From assembly GCF_009914755.1 (NCBI RefSeq), contig NC_060935.1: a stretch of 64,000 nucleotides of DNA. One strand, given 5' to 3'. Both the position numbers and the translations under genes were made by a program. The stretch comes from the human T2T-CHM13v2.0 reference genome, Homo sapiens. The notes beneath the pieces were generated by a model that made no database searches, was not told the DNA's origin, and saw only the letters and a list, made by a program, of their open reading frames with translations. Shown here one piece after another: positions 29,021-41,652 of the stretch. How positions within the stretch are numbered: the stretch's first letter is position 1; each line of letters begins with the position of its first letter.

Positions 29021-30797
29021 TTTTAAAAGTAACGCTTTATATGTAATAAAATTCAGCATTGATGACAAAATTTAAAGGTCATAATTGGTTATCTTTATTT
29101 GCTTGAAAAGGTTTCGTGTTTTCTTGAGTATAAAAAGGAAATGCTTTTAATCAGCTAGAAGATAGGTGACTTGATCATTCAGGTAACAAAAAAAGTCATT
29201 AAATTTTCCTTAATAATTGCCTTACAATGTTGCATTAAACTACCTCTTTACCAGTTAATTGGCTATTGGTAGCTGCATATATGTTTAAGTTGGAGTTCTC
29301 AAAATTCTGTGAAACCAAGACAGAAGAAACTCTGGATGCTGAATCTAATGTTTGATCAGTGGCATTTTAATTCAGATCAGTTTTCTGTAATTGGTAAACT
29401 CAATGCAATAGCCTCTCTTTCCTTAATCCATAGGTAGGTAGGAAGTATTTGGAGGTTTTTTTCTCCTAATGATGCAATTTTTAAAACAATTGCTATTAAA
29501 ACAATATAATTTATGTGATAGATTGCAAAATTTGCATAAATTTTAAAGCTACACATGTGACTCCAGTGAACTGTATTTTTTGGATTGGCTGTTGACCCCT
29601 AGACCCCTGGAGATGCATGTTTACTCTTCTATACAATTTGGGATATTTGAGAGGCACTGATACTTGAGAACAACAGTTGAAAATGCAAGAGTATGCCATC
29701 GTTGGGAAGGTGGATTCCACCATTCGCATTTTCCATTCAAGTCTTCAGGAAAAAGAAAAGTATAAATAGATTGCATTTTACACTTTGGTCCATCAACTAC
29801 CCTTCAAATAATACACATTATTTATAAATTATTGTACTAAGCTATGCATAATAGCCCAGACTATGATACCAATTTTTTTCTACACTGTAGATGGTTTAAG
29901 CTATTATACAACATATAACCAAAACTACTTATTGAAGCACCTCCAGCTAATGACAGCTTTCTAATAGTATTTTGTGCCTTTACTTGTGAAAAGCTATCAC
30001 TAAGTACAGCGTGAAGGCTAGATGACATGCTTCTATAGTTCCTCAGATGGCTAGGCCTGTTTGCATTTCTTAGTTCTCCCTGCTGCACTGTAGTCATTCT
30101 TCAGCTTGGTGTGGGGAAAGGGTTAAGGACTTTGAGGAGTTAAACTGACTTTGGTTCAAATCCCTACTGTTTTCTGTCAGTGTTACCTGGATAAATCATT
30201 TAACCAATACTGATCTCTTTTAATCCTTATGATAATCTTGTAAATATTATCTCAGGTTTAGAAAAGACTGACTTAGATAAAATAACTTGCCCAGAGTGAA
30301 GCGGGGTTTGAACCAAACTTCTTTGACTCCAAAATAGTCTTTAAATTTTATCATTAAGGTAGTAGTGAGATATTAAGGGTATCCAGGCATTAAAAGATAG
30401 AATATATAGAAAGCAAAGGTCTTGCTGCAAATCGTTGTCACCATTTGTAAACTGTGTATTGTTGGGAAACATCTTGTAATCCTTCTGATTCTTGATTTTC
30501 CTCATCTGAAAATGAGAAGGATGATGCCTCATAAAGTTGTATGTGTTTTTTCTAAGCCTTGCTTTTACTATCATTTAGCCTGGGGGCTGTGATACAATGA
30601 GGGATTAGCAGGAGGCAGAAATGAAAAGTTACAGTTAGAGTGGTAGTTGGAAAGGAGGAATGTTTTCTGAATAGTCCATGAGCTCCTTTTTGCCCCTGCT
30701 CCTAACATATTACCTGGCACATGGTAGACTGTCAAAAGAATGATGTATTAATATTGCATGATGGGGTCATATGTCGTCTGCTATACTTTATTTATAG

Positions 30798-30963
30798 ATA
30801 AATTTAAAGTCAATTTGGACTCAGAACAAGCAGTGAAAGAAGAAAAAATAGTGGAGCAGCCTACAGTGTCTGTCACGGAACCAAAGCTGGCAACTCCTGC
30901 AGGCCTGAAAAAATCCAGCAAAAAAGCAGAGCCTGTTAAGGTGCTGCAGAAGGAAAAAAAAAG
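30798..30963 (+). CDS. POLD3: POLD3 exon 8 (166 nt): NKFKVNLDSEQAVKEEKIVEQ...VLQKEKK(R)
   Basis: Acceptor ctttatttatag|AT, donor AAG|gtagga; overlaps ORF 30758..30967; phase 1 to phase 2. Confidence 0.96.
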
Positions 30964-31260
30964 GTAGGAAAATTTTGTTGCTTATTGGGGAAGAGTCTTT
31001 ACTGGGGGTGAGAAGGTCTCTTTGGGCTTATTGACAGCAGGCAGTTTTCAGTTAAGTACTAAATCCTACTTAATGCCTAAGGGATACAACTATACAACCA
31101 AAATGGAAAGAGAAGCCCAGTAGCTTATCTAGTGGAGTAGGACCGTAGGATCAGCCAGTTTGGATGATTTAAGGACCAAAGTCGTGTTTTTGGCCGTATT
31201 GATCTAAATTGATTGTTGATTTTTGTTTTAAATTTGTGGACATGGCATAAGTGTGCCTAG

Positions 31261-31261
<1 letters not shown>

Positions 31262-31300
<39 letters not shown>
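31262..31300. repeat. (TG)19 microsatellite, ~300 nt downstream of exon 8
   Basis: Direct reading. Confidence 0.97.
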
Positions 31301-31302
<2 letters not shown>

Positions 31303-31699
31303 CACTTCAAATTGCCAAATGAACAGTTACTGTTTCCAGTCAAATTTAAGAGAAAAACTTCTTTGTTTTCTTTTTATATCAATGAGTTTATTTTTCAAGT
31401 GGTAAAATGTAATTAGAAAAGAAAATAAAAAGCACATAAAGCTATTAAAACTAGATCCAGGAATTGGAGACACTACCTCATAGTTGGTAGAATTAGTCTG
31501 CTGAAAGAAATTCTAAAGGACACTGTCAACACTGATAGGCCTAGAAAGACGACTTTTGTGGCAAGTTTGGGACTACTCTCGTTGAAAACATCAACAAAAT
31601 GGTGAAATTTTAGAGGGTTAAAGCTCTGTCCAGTGGGCCTCACCACCTAGGAACATATGACTTGTATGGATTAAAATGTCCACAACCATGGGTACGTCA

Positions 31700-33800
31700 C
31701 TCACTGTTGATACTTATTGCCAGCAGTGCATTCAGTATTTCACTACTAAATGTGATGATAAATGTAGATTTTTAATAGATGCCGTTAACCAGATTGAGGA
31801 AGTTGTTTTTTGTTCCAAGTCTGCTAAGAGGTTTTATCATGAGTGGGTATTGATTTTGGACAGATGCTTTTTTGAATTGATTGGATGCTCAGATGGTGTT
31901 TTTATTAATGTGGTGAATTACACTGATTTTAAAATGTTAGGCCAACCTTGTGTTCTTGGGATAAACTCCACTTGGTTATGATGTATTATCCTTTTTTATA
32001 TATTGCTGGATTAGATTTGTTAATATTACACTAGGCATTTGTTGCCTGTGTTTATGAGGTCTACAGGTCAGTTACATTCTTTTCTGGTAATGTCTTTATC
32101 AAGTTGCTGTGTCAAAATTGTGCTAACTTCATAAGATTACTCATGCGCTGCATAACGATGTTTGGGTCAACAATGGGCTGCATATATGACAGTGGTCTCG
32201 TAAGATTATAATGGAGCTGAAAAATTCCCATTGCCTAGTGACATCATAGCTGTCATGACATGGTAGCGCAACACATTCCTCACGTGTTTGTGATGATGCT
32301 GGTATAAATATACCTACTGTGCTGCCAGTCATGTGAAAGTATATCATATATATTAATAGTTATATATACATAATACTTGATAATAAAAATGACTATGCTA
32401 CTATAATTACTGCACTATACTTTTTATCATTTTAGAGGGTAGTCTTTCTACTTATAAAAAAAGTTGACTGTAAAATAGCCTCAGGCAGCCCTTAGGAGAT
32501 ATTTCAAAAGAAGGCATTGTTATCATAAGAGATGACAGCTTCATGTGTGTTACTGCCCCTGAAGAAGACCTTCCAGTGGGACAAAATGTGGAGGTGGAAG
32601 ACAATGATCATTGATGATCCTGACCCTGTGTAGGCCGAGGCTAATGTGTGTTTGGGTCTTAGCTTTCAACAAAAAAAGTTTAAAAAGTAAATAAAAAATT
32701 TTTTAAATAGAAAAAGGCCTATAGAATAGGGATATAAAGAAGAAAATATTTTTGTACAGCTGTACAATTTTTTGTGTTTTAAGCTGTGTTATTACAAAAG
32801 AGCCAAAAAGTTATAAAATTGAAAATACAGTTAAAGTAAGCTGTTTATTATTGAAGAAAGAAAAACATTTTAAAATAAATTTAATGTTGCCTGAGTATCC
32901 AGTGTTGATAAAGTCTACAGTAGTGTACAGTAACATCCTAGGGCCTTCACATTTCACTCACCGCTCACTCACTGACTCAGCCAGAGCAACTTTCAGTACT
33001 GAAAGCCCCATTCGTGGTAAGTGCCCTATACATGTGTACCATTTTTAATCTTTTTTATACAGTATTTTTACTGTATCTTTTCTCTTTTTAGATGTTTAAA
33101 TACACAAATACCGTTGTGTTACAGTTGCCTACAGTATTGAGTACAGTAACAATGATGTACAGGTTTGTAGCCTAGGAGCATAGACTATACCATCTAGGTT
33201 TGTGTGAGTATACTCTGTGATGTTCACACAGTGAAGTCACCTAACAATGCATTTCTCAAAATATGTCCCTGTCATTAAGTGATCCATGACCGCAGTTGGG
33301 AGAAGTTTCCTCTGTTTTCTGAAGGAGTTTATATATACGTGTATATTTTTCAAATGTTTAATAAAATTTACCAGTGAATCCAGGGCTGGATTTTATTTGT
33401 GGGAAAGGTTTTTATTGTGAATTTGATTTAACTAGAGCTGTTCAAATTCTCTAGTTCTTCTTGGATCAGTTTTGACTGAGTTGTGTTTTTAAAACTCAGT
33501 CAAAATTTGATCTAAATTGTTGAGTTTATTGGCATAAACCCGTTCATTATATAACTTTATTCTTCGAGTTTGTAGAACCTGTACTCGATACAGATTTCTT
33601 TACTGTTTCATTCCTGATTGATAATTTATATTTTTCTGTTTTCAAAATGGGTTTTATAAAAGGCTTATTAATAAAATTAATCTCCCAAAAATAACAACTT
33701 TGGCTTTGTTAATTTTCTCTTATTTTTTATCTCACTGATTTCTGCTCTTATCTTTATTGTTTCCTTTTACTTTGGGTTTAATTGTTCTTTTTCTAGTTCA
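31700..33800 (-). mobile_element. Old L1M ORF2 fragment (antisense) hosting Tigger3
   Basis: ccaaccttg..ttcttgggataaactccacttggttatgatgtattatcc..tattgctggattagatttg. Confidence 0.7.
32138..33292 (+). mobile_element. Tigger3 (Tigger3b-like) TcMar-Tigger element, ~1.15 kb
   Basis: Termini tcatgcgctgcataacgatg... / ...tcattaagtgatccatgaccg; internal taagattataatggagctgaaaaattcc. Confidence 0.85.
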
Positions 33801-34610
33801 AGGTAGAAAGGAAAGTTGGTATTTAAAGTTATATAGGACATAAGGTACTTGATGGCAAAGATTATGTCTTGTATATATTTGTTTCTCTAACATTCAGTAG
33901 GCCTTTGATAAATTACTTGTTGGTTTCATGAGGAGTGTGATGGAGTATCCATTCATCCAGAGGAGCTAAATAATGTCATGATGGAGTCTAGGATTTTTTT
34001 TATTATTATTATGTCATTAGAATCACCTTAAAAGGATATCTCTGCCTTTGCTCATATTGTTCTTTCTCTTTAAAATATGTTTCCCCTTTCTACATGATGA
34101 ACTTCTACTTAGCTTTTAAGTTTTCCAAATATGAATTATATTCCATAACATTTTATTTGTCCAGTTAAATCTACCACATTGCCTTATAGCCAGTGGTGTT
34201 TGCCAGAGCTTCTTGAAAACAGTATTTTCTTCTGTATTGTTGCATTCTCAATGGCTAGCAAAGAGCCTTGTATGTATGTAGTAGCTGCTTATTTAATGCT
34301 TGTTGGATAATTGAAAGGCCAATCAGGGAAGTAAGAAGGAATTTGGAAAGATTCTTGATAACCTGGTTGTAGCTTCCAGCAGTCTCTAGAGAACTCTAGA
34401 ACTTTTTTATTCAAGTCACCTCATGAAGTGACTTAGTTGTGGTCAGTTAGCAGAGTATCCTTAACAAGAGTCCTTCTTGGACTATTTGGCCGTCCTTTTC
34501 TACCCTCTGGAATTAAGACCACGAGTTATAAAGCAAAACCCATAGGAGCATGTGAATACTTACATTTTTGTTCTGTGTAACACGCTTAATTTATTTCTGG
34601 ATGGCAACAG

Positions 34611-34717
34611 GGGGAAGCGAGTAGCATTATCTGATGATGAGACAAAGGAAACTGAAAACATGAGGAAAAAGAGGAGAAGAATCAAACTTCCTGAATCTGA
34701 TAGCAGTGAAGATGAAG
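34611..34717 (+). CDS. POLD3: POLD3 exon 9 (107 nt): GKRVALSDDETKETENMRKKRRRIKLPESDSSEDE, basic NLS-like cluster
   Basis: Acceptor ggatggcaacag|GGGG, donor GAAG|gtgggc; overlaps ORF 34552..34797; phase 2 to phase 1. Confidence 0.95.
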
Positions 34718-36629
34718 GTGGGCATTACCATTCATTTTGGGTTAGGGGGATCAATTTTACTTTCAATGTTCAAGGAGCTAAAAAAGTAATGGATTAAGGA
34801 TCACAATGAGAGTAGTAATTCTAGCATTAAGAGACACCATAGCACCTCTTTCTGTTTGAAATCTGCATTAGCCTTTTGACTAGAACCATGATCTTTTGGA
34901 AATTTGTCAAAATAACACAGAAGGAAAGAGGATAAGAATTATTATTATACATATTATCTAAGACTTTTTCTTTTCTTTTCTTTTTTTTTTTTACTTTTAA
35001 GGGGAGGATATTCCTTTAGCTACCTTCATGTGAATCTTTTAAAAATTGTGACGTTCTAGGCAGCCAGGGTATTACTGGTGGTGGTCCACACAGGTAAAAC
35101 TAGGGTTAACTGGAACAACCTACAGTGTCATTGTTAGAAGGGAATGACACTGTGGACCCTTCTAGTTTTAGGCTGTGGGCAATGTTGTAAGATAAGCAAA
35201 CCTCATAAGGGCAAGAGTTTTACCGGGAACATTAATATGCTTTTAAAAAAATATCAAGTATTTTGAAGAGCCAAGATCTTGCCCCAAATTGTATAAAGTA
35301 TATAGAAAAAGAAGGAGGCTAAAAAGAAAGTTAAATGGGTTGAACTGATATGCTGGACGACTCTACCTTGAAAAGCCCACTTTGAGACACAGTGGTGAAA
35401 AGTTTGAACTGCTCTAATCAATTGTCCATGAATTCATGGCATAATGGGTATAAAACATTTTAAGTAATGAGGGGAAATCTAGTCCAAAGGATTTCAGCAT
35501 CACATAAAGATACAGAGACAAACACGAACAGATACTAAAAGGGAGAGTAAAGAAGAATAATGAATGCAAAAAAGGAACCTACTGAGCTATCAAAGGACAA
35601 ACTTGTAAGATTCTGAAACTTGTAAGATTCTGCTTTTTCCAGAAACTACTCTAAGAGGAATTGAAAATGGTAAGAGAGGCTTCCAAAAAAAGGATATTAG
35701 CTCAACTATACAAGTGAGTGAAAAAAAAACAAATTATATATACAGTTGACAGTAATGCAAAAGAAATGAACAGACCCAAGAAATAGTAGCAGGAAGCTGA
35801 ATCTGTGATAAAGGTGTAGCATCTTTGACACTTCTGTGGATTTAGATTCTACCATTCATGCTATGTGTTTAGAATTACAGCCTGTGATATCCTGTGAGAG
35901 GTACAATGTCCTTCCGTGGGTTTTAGTGGCTCTTTAGAATGGGTAGGAGTAAGACACGTGAGCATCCCAGAGAGGCAAATGCTGTATTTTCATTCCATTG
36001 TCATTTATCAAAATGCTTTGGCCAAGGCTGCTGAAAGGAACAACTCCATGTAGACACATGGGAAAATAATTAGGAAGTAAATGTAGGAATAGGTGCTAAT
36101 TGGAACAGTCTTCCCTATTTCCAATCAGTAAAAGACCTTGGGAAGATTTTGGAAAGGTCTTTGAAGCTATCAACTAGATACTCTAGTATTAGTAAAGGAG
36201 TCAGTTCTAAGTTAAGGAATGACTATGGTTGGTTGAGCACTCATTATATCCTTCTGAAATATTCCCTATAGTTCTGATCTGTAGCCTACAAAAATAATAC
36301 TGTTGGGTGATTAGAAATGTGAGTGGGGTTATTTAGTTTTGAAAGGAATGTGAAGAAATGCAATAGAGGTACACAGCCTATAATAACAGATGATATAGAG
36401 CAGAAGCTCTTAGATTTTTTTCCTCTGGCAAAGATAATTTTTGGCATCTGACTAAATTTATAAACCTCTGACATTTTATTCTTAAATTTCATCTTTGTAT
36501 CAAAGCCAGTGGGATTTTATTTTCAACCTTTACACAGTCTTTAACTTATTATTGCTTTATTTCTGTTACACTGAATATGTCATATTAGTTCAATATGCTG
36601 TCTTCAGCCAGAAGTTAGAAAAGGAACAG

Positions 36630-36850
36630 CAGGAGTAGAGAAAATACAAGAACTTTGGAGTCAGGCAGACCTGGGTTTAAATTTTACCTTGACCACTTAT
36701 TGTGTGACTTTAAGCAGATTAGTTAACTTGTTTAATTCCTTGTTTTTGCATCTCTAAAATGGGGATTTTTATCACAGATGGTATAGGCTTTTTATGAACA
36801 TGAAATAAGATGATGTGTCAGAAGTGCCAAGACAGTGCTTGGTACATGGT
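36630..36850 (+). mobile_element. MIR
   Basis: actttggagtcaggcagacctgggtttaaa...catctctaaaatgggga. Confidence 0.7.
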
Positions 36851-37176
36851 TTTCTTTTGTTTTGTCTTGTCTTTTTTTTTTTTTTTTTTTTTGAGACGGA
36901 GTCTTGCTCTGTCGCCCAGGCTGGAGTGCAGTGGTGCGATGCGATCTCGGCTCACTGCAACCTCCGTCTCCCGGGTTCAAGCGATTCTCTGCCTCAGCCT
37001 CCTGAGTAGCCAGGATTACAGGTGCCTACTACCACGCCCAGCTAATTTTTGTATTTTTAGTAGAGATGGGGTTTCACCATGTTGGCCACGCTGGTCTTGA
37101 ACTCCTGACCCCGTGATCCACCCGCCTCGGCCTCTCAAAGTGCTGGAATTACAGGCGTGAGCCACTGCGCCCGTCC
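36850..37176 (-). mobile_element. AluS
   Basis: Antisense dimeric Alu. Confidence 0.88.
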
Positions 37177-38270
37177 TGTTTTTTTCTTTTACCTGTGTCT
37201 GGAAACAAGTTCAGATAGTTTTCTTATTACTCACTCTACTCTTCCTGCTGAGGTGCCCATACTTGCAAGTACCTTCAATTTTTTCAGAAAATTCCCCTCC
37301 ACTTCTGTTTGTAACTTTCTACCCAAGGGACTGTTCCTTTCTCTTTTACCCCTGCGGGGTCATAAGCACCTGTAGTACTATATACTCTCTTTTTAAAGCA
37401 AAAAAAAAGGCCAGACCCAGAAAGAAATAACATTAAGAATAACATCTACATTGCTAGGAGAAATGTAGTTTTAACTGATATAGTTAAGTCTTTGCTAATA
37501 TTTTCAGTCCTTGCAAGTTGCTTATGGAGAATGTTAAGCAAATGATCCCCATTTTTAGGTAAAGGTAGGTATTTTTAAAAAATAGTCCTAGGAAGCTGTG
37601 AATGGTTTCCAGGAATTCTAATTACCTGTCTCTGCCAGAGAACTCTTTGACACACTGGATCTCTGAAATTAGTTTCATTGCAGTTTTTATTCTGTCCCAA
37701 CAAAGGTTGCTTTCCTGGAATAAGTGATATTTCATTACTTACCTTTTGCTTGAAGAGCTGCAGATTGGCTACAAATCTGTTTAAAATACACCAGTGCATT
37801 GGACATTCTTTATGTCTGTGTCAGTAAAAATGTATTGAGTGGGGATGTTTGGCTTGGTAAAGACTAAGGCAGACAGACATATATTCTAGTACATGAATGG
37901 CGGCACGTTTAAACAAAGCAGTAGATATTTACAATTTTAAAAGTCAGATAAAAATAGAAGTTTTATGATAGATGATAATCTCTACTCTCTGGCTCATCTA
38001 ATTTGACTGATGCTTCTTTTGTCAACTTTCTCCCATCTGCCTTCCACCTTCCATGGATTTGTTGAAATTTCTTAATCATTAAGGACTCTTGACTCTACTA
38101 TTCTCTTCCCTGTTTGGGGGAGTTATAATGTTTTACTCATTTATTATCAACAGTGTTTCTCTCAGGGAGTGTGTGGAAGGAAGAGAGAGATATATGTTGT
38201 CTTCCTTGACCTGGATGTTCCTCATCCCAAATTTAGTTCAGAAAGTGGTGGTTTTCCTTTATTTAAGTAA

Positions 38271-38272
<2 letters not shown>

Positions 38273-38310
<38 letters not shown>
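38273..38310. repeat. (AC)19 microsatellite
   Basis: Direct reading. Confidence 0.97.
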
Positions 38311-38314
<4 letters not shown>

Positions 38315-39459
38315 ACTCTATGTTTATGCCAGGGAAATCGTGGTGTCTCTGCCTTTTTGGAGCTTAGAGTCTAGAGTGGGGATCTAGATAAACATTTGCC
38401 TACAGTGCTGTGAGAGAGGTCTTAGAGGGTGTCACTAGGATTGTTTTCTTTGGTTAAGTCAACTGGTTTCAGAACTGGAAATAGAATAAGAACGCCTAAG
38501 TTTATTACTGTGAGTCTCAAAATTCCTTTGGCTTCCTCATTGCCTAAATTTTCCTCCTCCCATTATAACACATCTACCATTGTGGCCCAGCTTTCTTCAT
38601 AGCTGTTCCTTCAGAACAATGGAGGCTTGCTTCTGGGGTTTGACTTTTCTCTTGCCTGAGCTCCCATCATGTTCTAGCCTCCCAGAGCTGGCTAATAGCC
38701 GGACCGCTTTCCTTTTATGTTTCTCTCTCTTGTTTCCCAGAGCTTATAAAGTTTTTGGGGCCCATTTTATACTTAAAGTGTGTAATTTATTGTTCTTTCT
38801 GGCTCTTGTTCTGCTTCACCTCTTTAGGCCATTTGGCCTTGAACTCTTCACTGTCATAATTTTTAACACTGACCTAATCAGTTGGGAGAATTTCAGATCC
38901 AAGACTTGTGTTAAGAATTTGAATACAGCCAGGAGATTCAGGGAGCAGGTGAGGCTAAGTCGCTACCCGGTCCCCTGACCAGCACTTTCTTTGTGGTGAT
39001 TGAGTAATAGGTCAGTTGAGGATTTTTACTTCCCCTCTCATGGGCTGTTTACTAAGACCACCAATTCTGCAATTGTTGAGAAATGATGGGATCCCTCTGG
39101 TGGTGCTCATTTCTTGGGTGATGCCACTTCCACAGCAGTATTTTTTTCCTAAAAGTGTTCTTTCCTGTTAACCTCACTGTAGCAGAACAAACCTTATCAG
39201 TGAAGCAGTCACTAGAAATATGCAAAATATTAAGTAGGTCCTAGTTGTCAGAGCTTAAATAATGATAATTGTTTAAAAGATGACTTCACCCACCTCCAAG
39301 TTTATACTGTTAACATCAGCTGGAAATTTTCAGTCTAAGAAACATCTCAGGTGATTAAAAGTAACCCTTAGGTCACAGTGAAAGACTCTGGCATGGAACA
39401 TTTGTTATAACCTGAGGATTATCTCCACATAGATCTTGAGAGATAATGTCTTGTCCTCA

Positions 39460-39690
39460 ATGGTAAGGCGGCATGGGATAGTTGGAATAGCAAGGCTGTA
39501 GAATTGGATTGACTTAGGCTTAAAACCTCCTGTCTCAGTTATAAGCTGTGTGACCTTGGCAAGTTTAGGAACCCCTCTGAACCTCTATTTACTGTAATGT
39601 GCAAATAAGAAAATCTGTCTCTTAGAGTTGTTGTAAGAATAAAGTGAAATACATGGCATATGAAAGGCGATAAGTGGATATTTGTAAACC
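39460..39690 (+). mobile_element. MIR
   Basis: agctgtgtgaccttggcaagtt...ctctgaacctc core. Confidence 0.65.
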
Positions 39691-39959
39691 AACTTCATAA
39701 CCTGACTAGCTATAAAAGAAAATATTTAGCTAAGATACTTCCGGCTGTAATAATTCTTGATTCTCTGATTTTATTTGTATAAAATTAATAAAATATGTAT
39801 TTTAAAGATAACTATATAACTACAGAGTTCTTGGTTGTCATGAATTACTGCTTGCTAAATCCCCTTTGCTGGACATGTCAAGTTAGAGAACCAATGGAGA
39901 AGGCTTTATACCAGATAGTGCTTGTAGTTCTCTGATCTAAGTCCGTTTCATTATTTCAG

Positions 39960-40072
39960 TCTTTCCAGACTCTCCTGGGGCTTATGAAGCTGAGTCACCA
40001 TCCCCACCTCCTCCTCCGTCTCCACCTCTTGAACCAGTGCCAAAGACTGAGCCTGAACCTCCTTCTGTCAAG
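39960..40072 (+). CDS. POLD3: POLD3 exon 10 (113 nt): VFPDSPGAYEAESPSPPPPPSPPLEPVPKTEPEPPSVK, proline-rich
   Basis: Acceptor tttcattatttcag|TC, donor AAG|gtaaaa; phase 1 to phase 0. Confidence 0.96.
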
Positions 40073-40783
40073 GTAAAATTATACTGGGATTCTTGCATGT
40101 CCATGCATCCTTTGTGTCTTAAGGACCTACAACCACTATGCTAAATTAGTTCCCTTGCTGTATACTTCACAAATGCCAGTAGATGGCTCTTGTCTCATTC
40201 TGCTGTCCTACAGGTTGTACAGAATGGGCGTTCCCTCCATTCTTACCTGAAGGGAGATTTTGCTAGTGGGTATAGTCTCAGGAACGTTGCAGAGGTGGAA
40301 CCTGGGAGCTGTTCTGTTTTCATGACCTTCAGCATCTCTGCTGTGCTGTACAGCTCCTGTTAGAATGGTGTAAAAAGAGATCCCCCCTGCATCAGAGCAA
40401 CACGTGAAAGACAGAGGGGAACAAACAACTTAACACACGTTTGTTGCTCTTCAGAAGCAATTCTGGAAAAGGGCTGGATGGGAAAACTGTCAACCAAAGG
40501 GGAAATATAGCTTTGAACGCTCTTCAGCTGCATCTTATCTACACCTATTAGTGTAGATAATGAAGAGTTGAAAAAATAGTCGCTGACAATTTTTTTTTCC
40601 TTTGTGGCTGTTAGTTTTTCTTAATTCATTGTGTTAAGACCATCATTTAAATCTTACGCTGATTTCCTCATTAGCTGAAGAGAAAATGGGACGAAAGAGA
40701 CCAGTGGAGATAAAAGGAAGTTGATACTAGTAATACCTATTTTGAGACTAAATTAGATAGCTATAATGTTGAAGTGTCAAGGC

Positions 40784-41080
40784 TGGCCAGGCGTGTTGGC
40801 TCACACCTGTAATCCCAGCACTTTGGAAGGCTGAGGTGGGCAGAATGCCTGAGACCAGGAGTTTGAGACCTGGGCAACACAGGGAGACTTTGTCTCTACT
40901 TTAAAAATATCTGGGCATGGTGGCACATGCCTTTTAGTTTCAGCTACTTGGGAGGCTGAGGTAGGATGATCATTTGAGCCCAGGAGTTGGACTGTTGCAG
41001 TGAGTTATGATTGCACTTCTGCATTCCAGCCTGGGCAACAGAGCCAGAACTTGTCTCTAAAAAACAAACAAACAAAAAAA
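40784..41080 (+). mobile_element. AluJ
   Basis: Sense dimeric Alu with (CAAA)n tail. Confidence 0.86.
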
Positions 41081-41573
41081 GAAGACAAGAAATGTGAAGG
41101 CTGACATAGCAAGTATCTACAGCAAGGGCATATGCCACAGAAATCCCTGGTGTGGTTTAGGGGCCATCCCTGTGTACTCCCATAATATCTGTCTCAGCCC
41201 TCACTACACTGTATTGCAGTGGTCTGCTTTCCTTCTCTCTCTCCTCCACTAAGGTCCTTATCCTATATGTCTTTTTAACCATGCTGCCTGCACTACCCAA
41301 CAATAGTTTATTGACTGAATGAACAGAACACAGTTCTTTCTTCAGCATGCTACTTTCCTTCTTATGAACAATGAAGTATCAAGCCTGTGTATATAGTGGG
41401 CGTAACTTGTCTGTGTGATGGGGTTGGTTCTCTAAAACTAATGTAGAGTTTCTCTTTCAACTTTTTATCATAATGGAGTATTGGAGAGTGATTAGTATAG
41501 ATTTAAAAGCTTTTGTTATTTTTCTGTATAACATAATTGATCCAGCTTAACATTGTATCCTCTGACCTTTTAG

Positions 41574-41652
41574 AGCTCAAGTGGAGAAAACAAAAGAAAA
41601 CGAAAACGCGTACTAAAATCTAAAACTTACCTGGATGGGGAAGGCTGCATAG
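41574..41652 (+). CDS. POLD3: POLD3 exon 11 (79 nt): SSSGENKRKRKRVLKSKTYLDGEGCI
   Basis: Acceptor ctgaccttttag|AGC, donor ATAG|gtaaga; phase 0 to phase 1. The DGEGCI|VTE motif (Pol alpha-interaction motif of the Pol32/Cdc27 family) spans intron 11. Confidence 0.96.

Noticed and set aside
34413-34434. Near-palindrome aagtcacctcatgaagtgactt upstream of exon 9
   Set aside because: One mismatch and short; within chance expectation.
35270-35790. A/purine-rich stretch resembling a coding remnant
   Set aside because: Multiple stops and no recognisable protein; probably a decayed TE.
34718-39959. Colorectal-cancer GWAS variant that I recall being intronic in POLD3 (intron 9)
   Set aside because: Cannot be located or verified from sequence alone.
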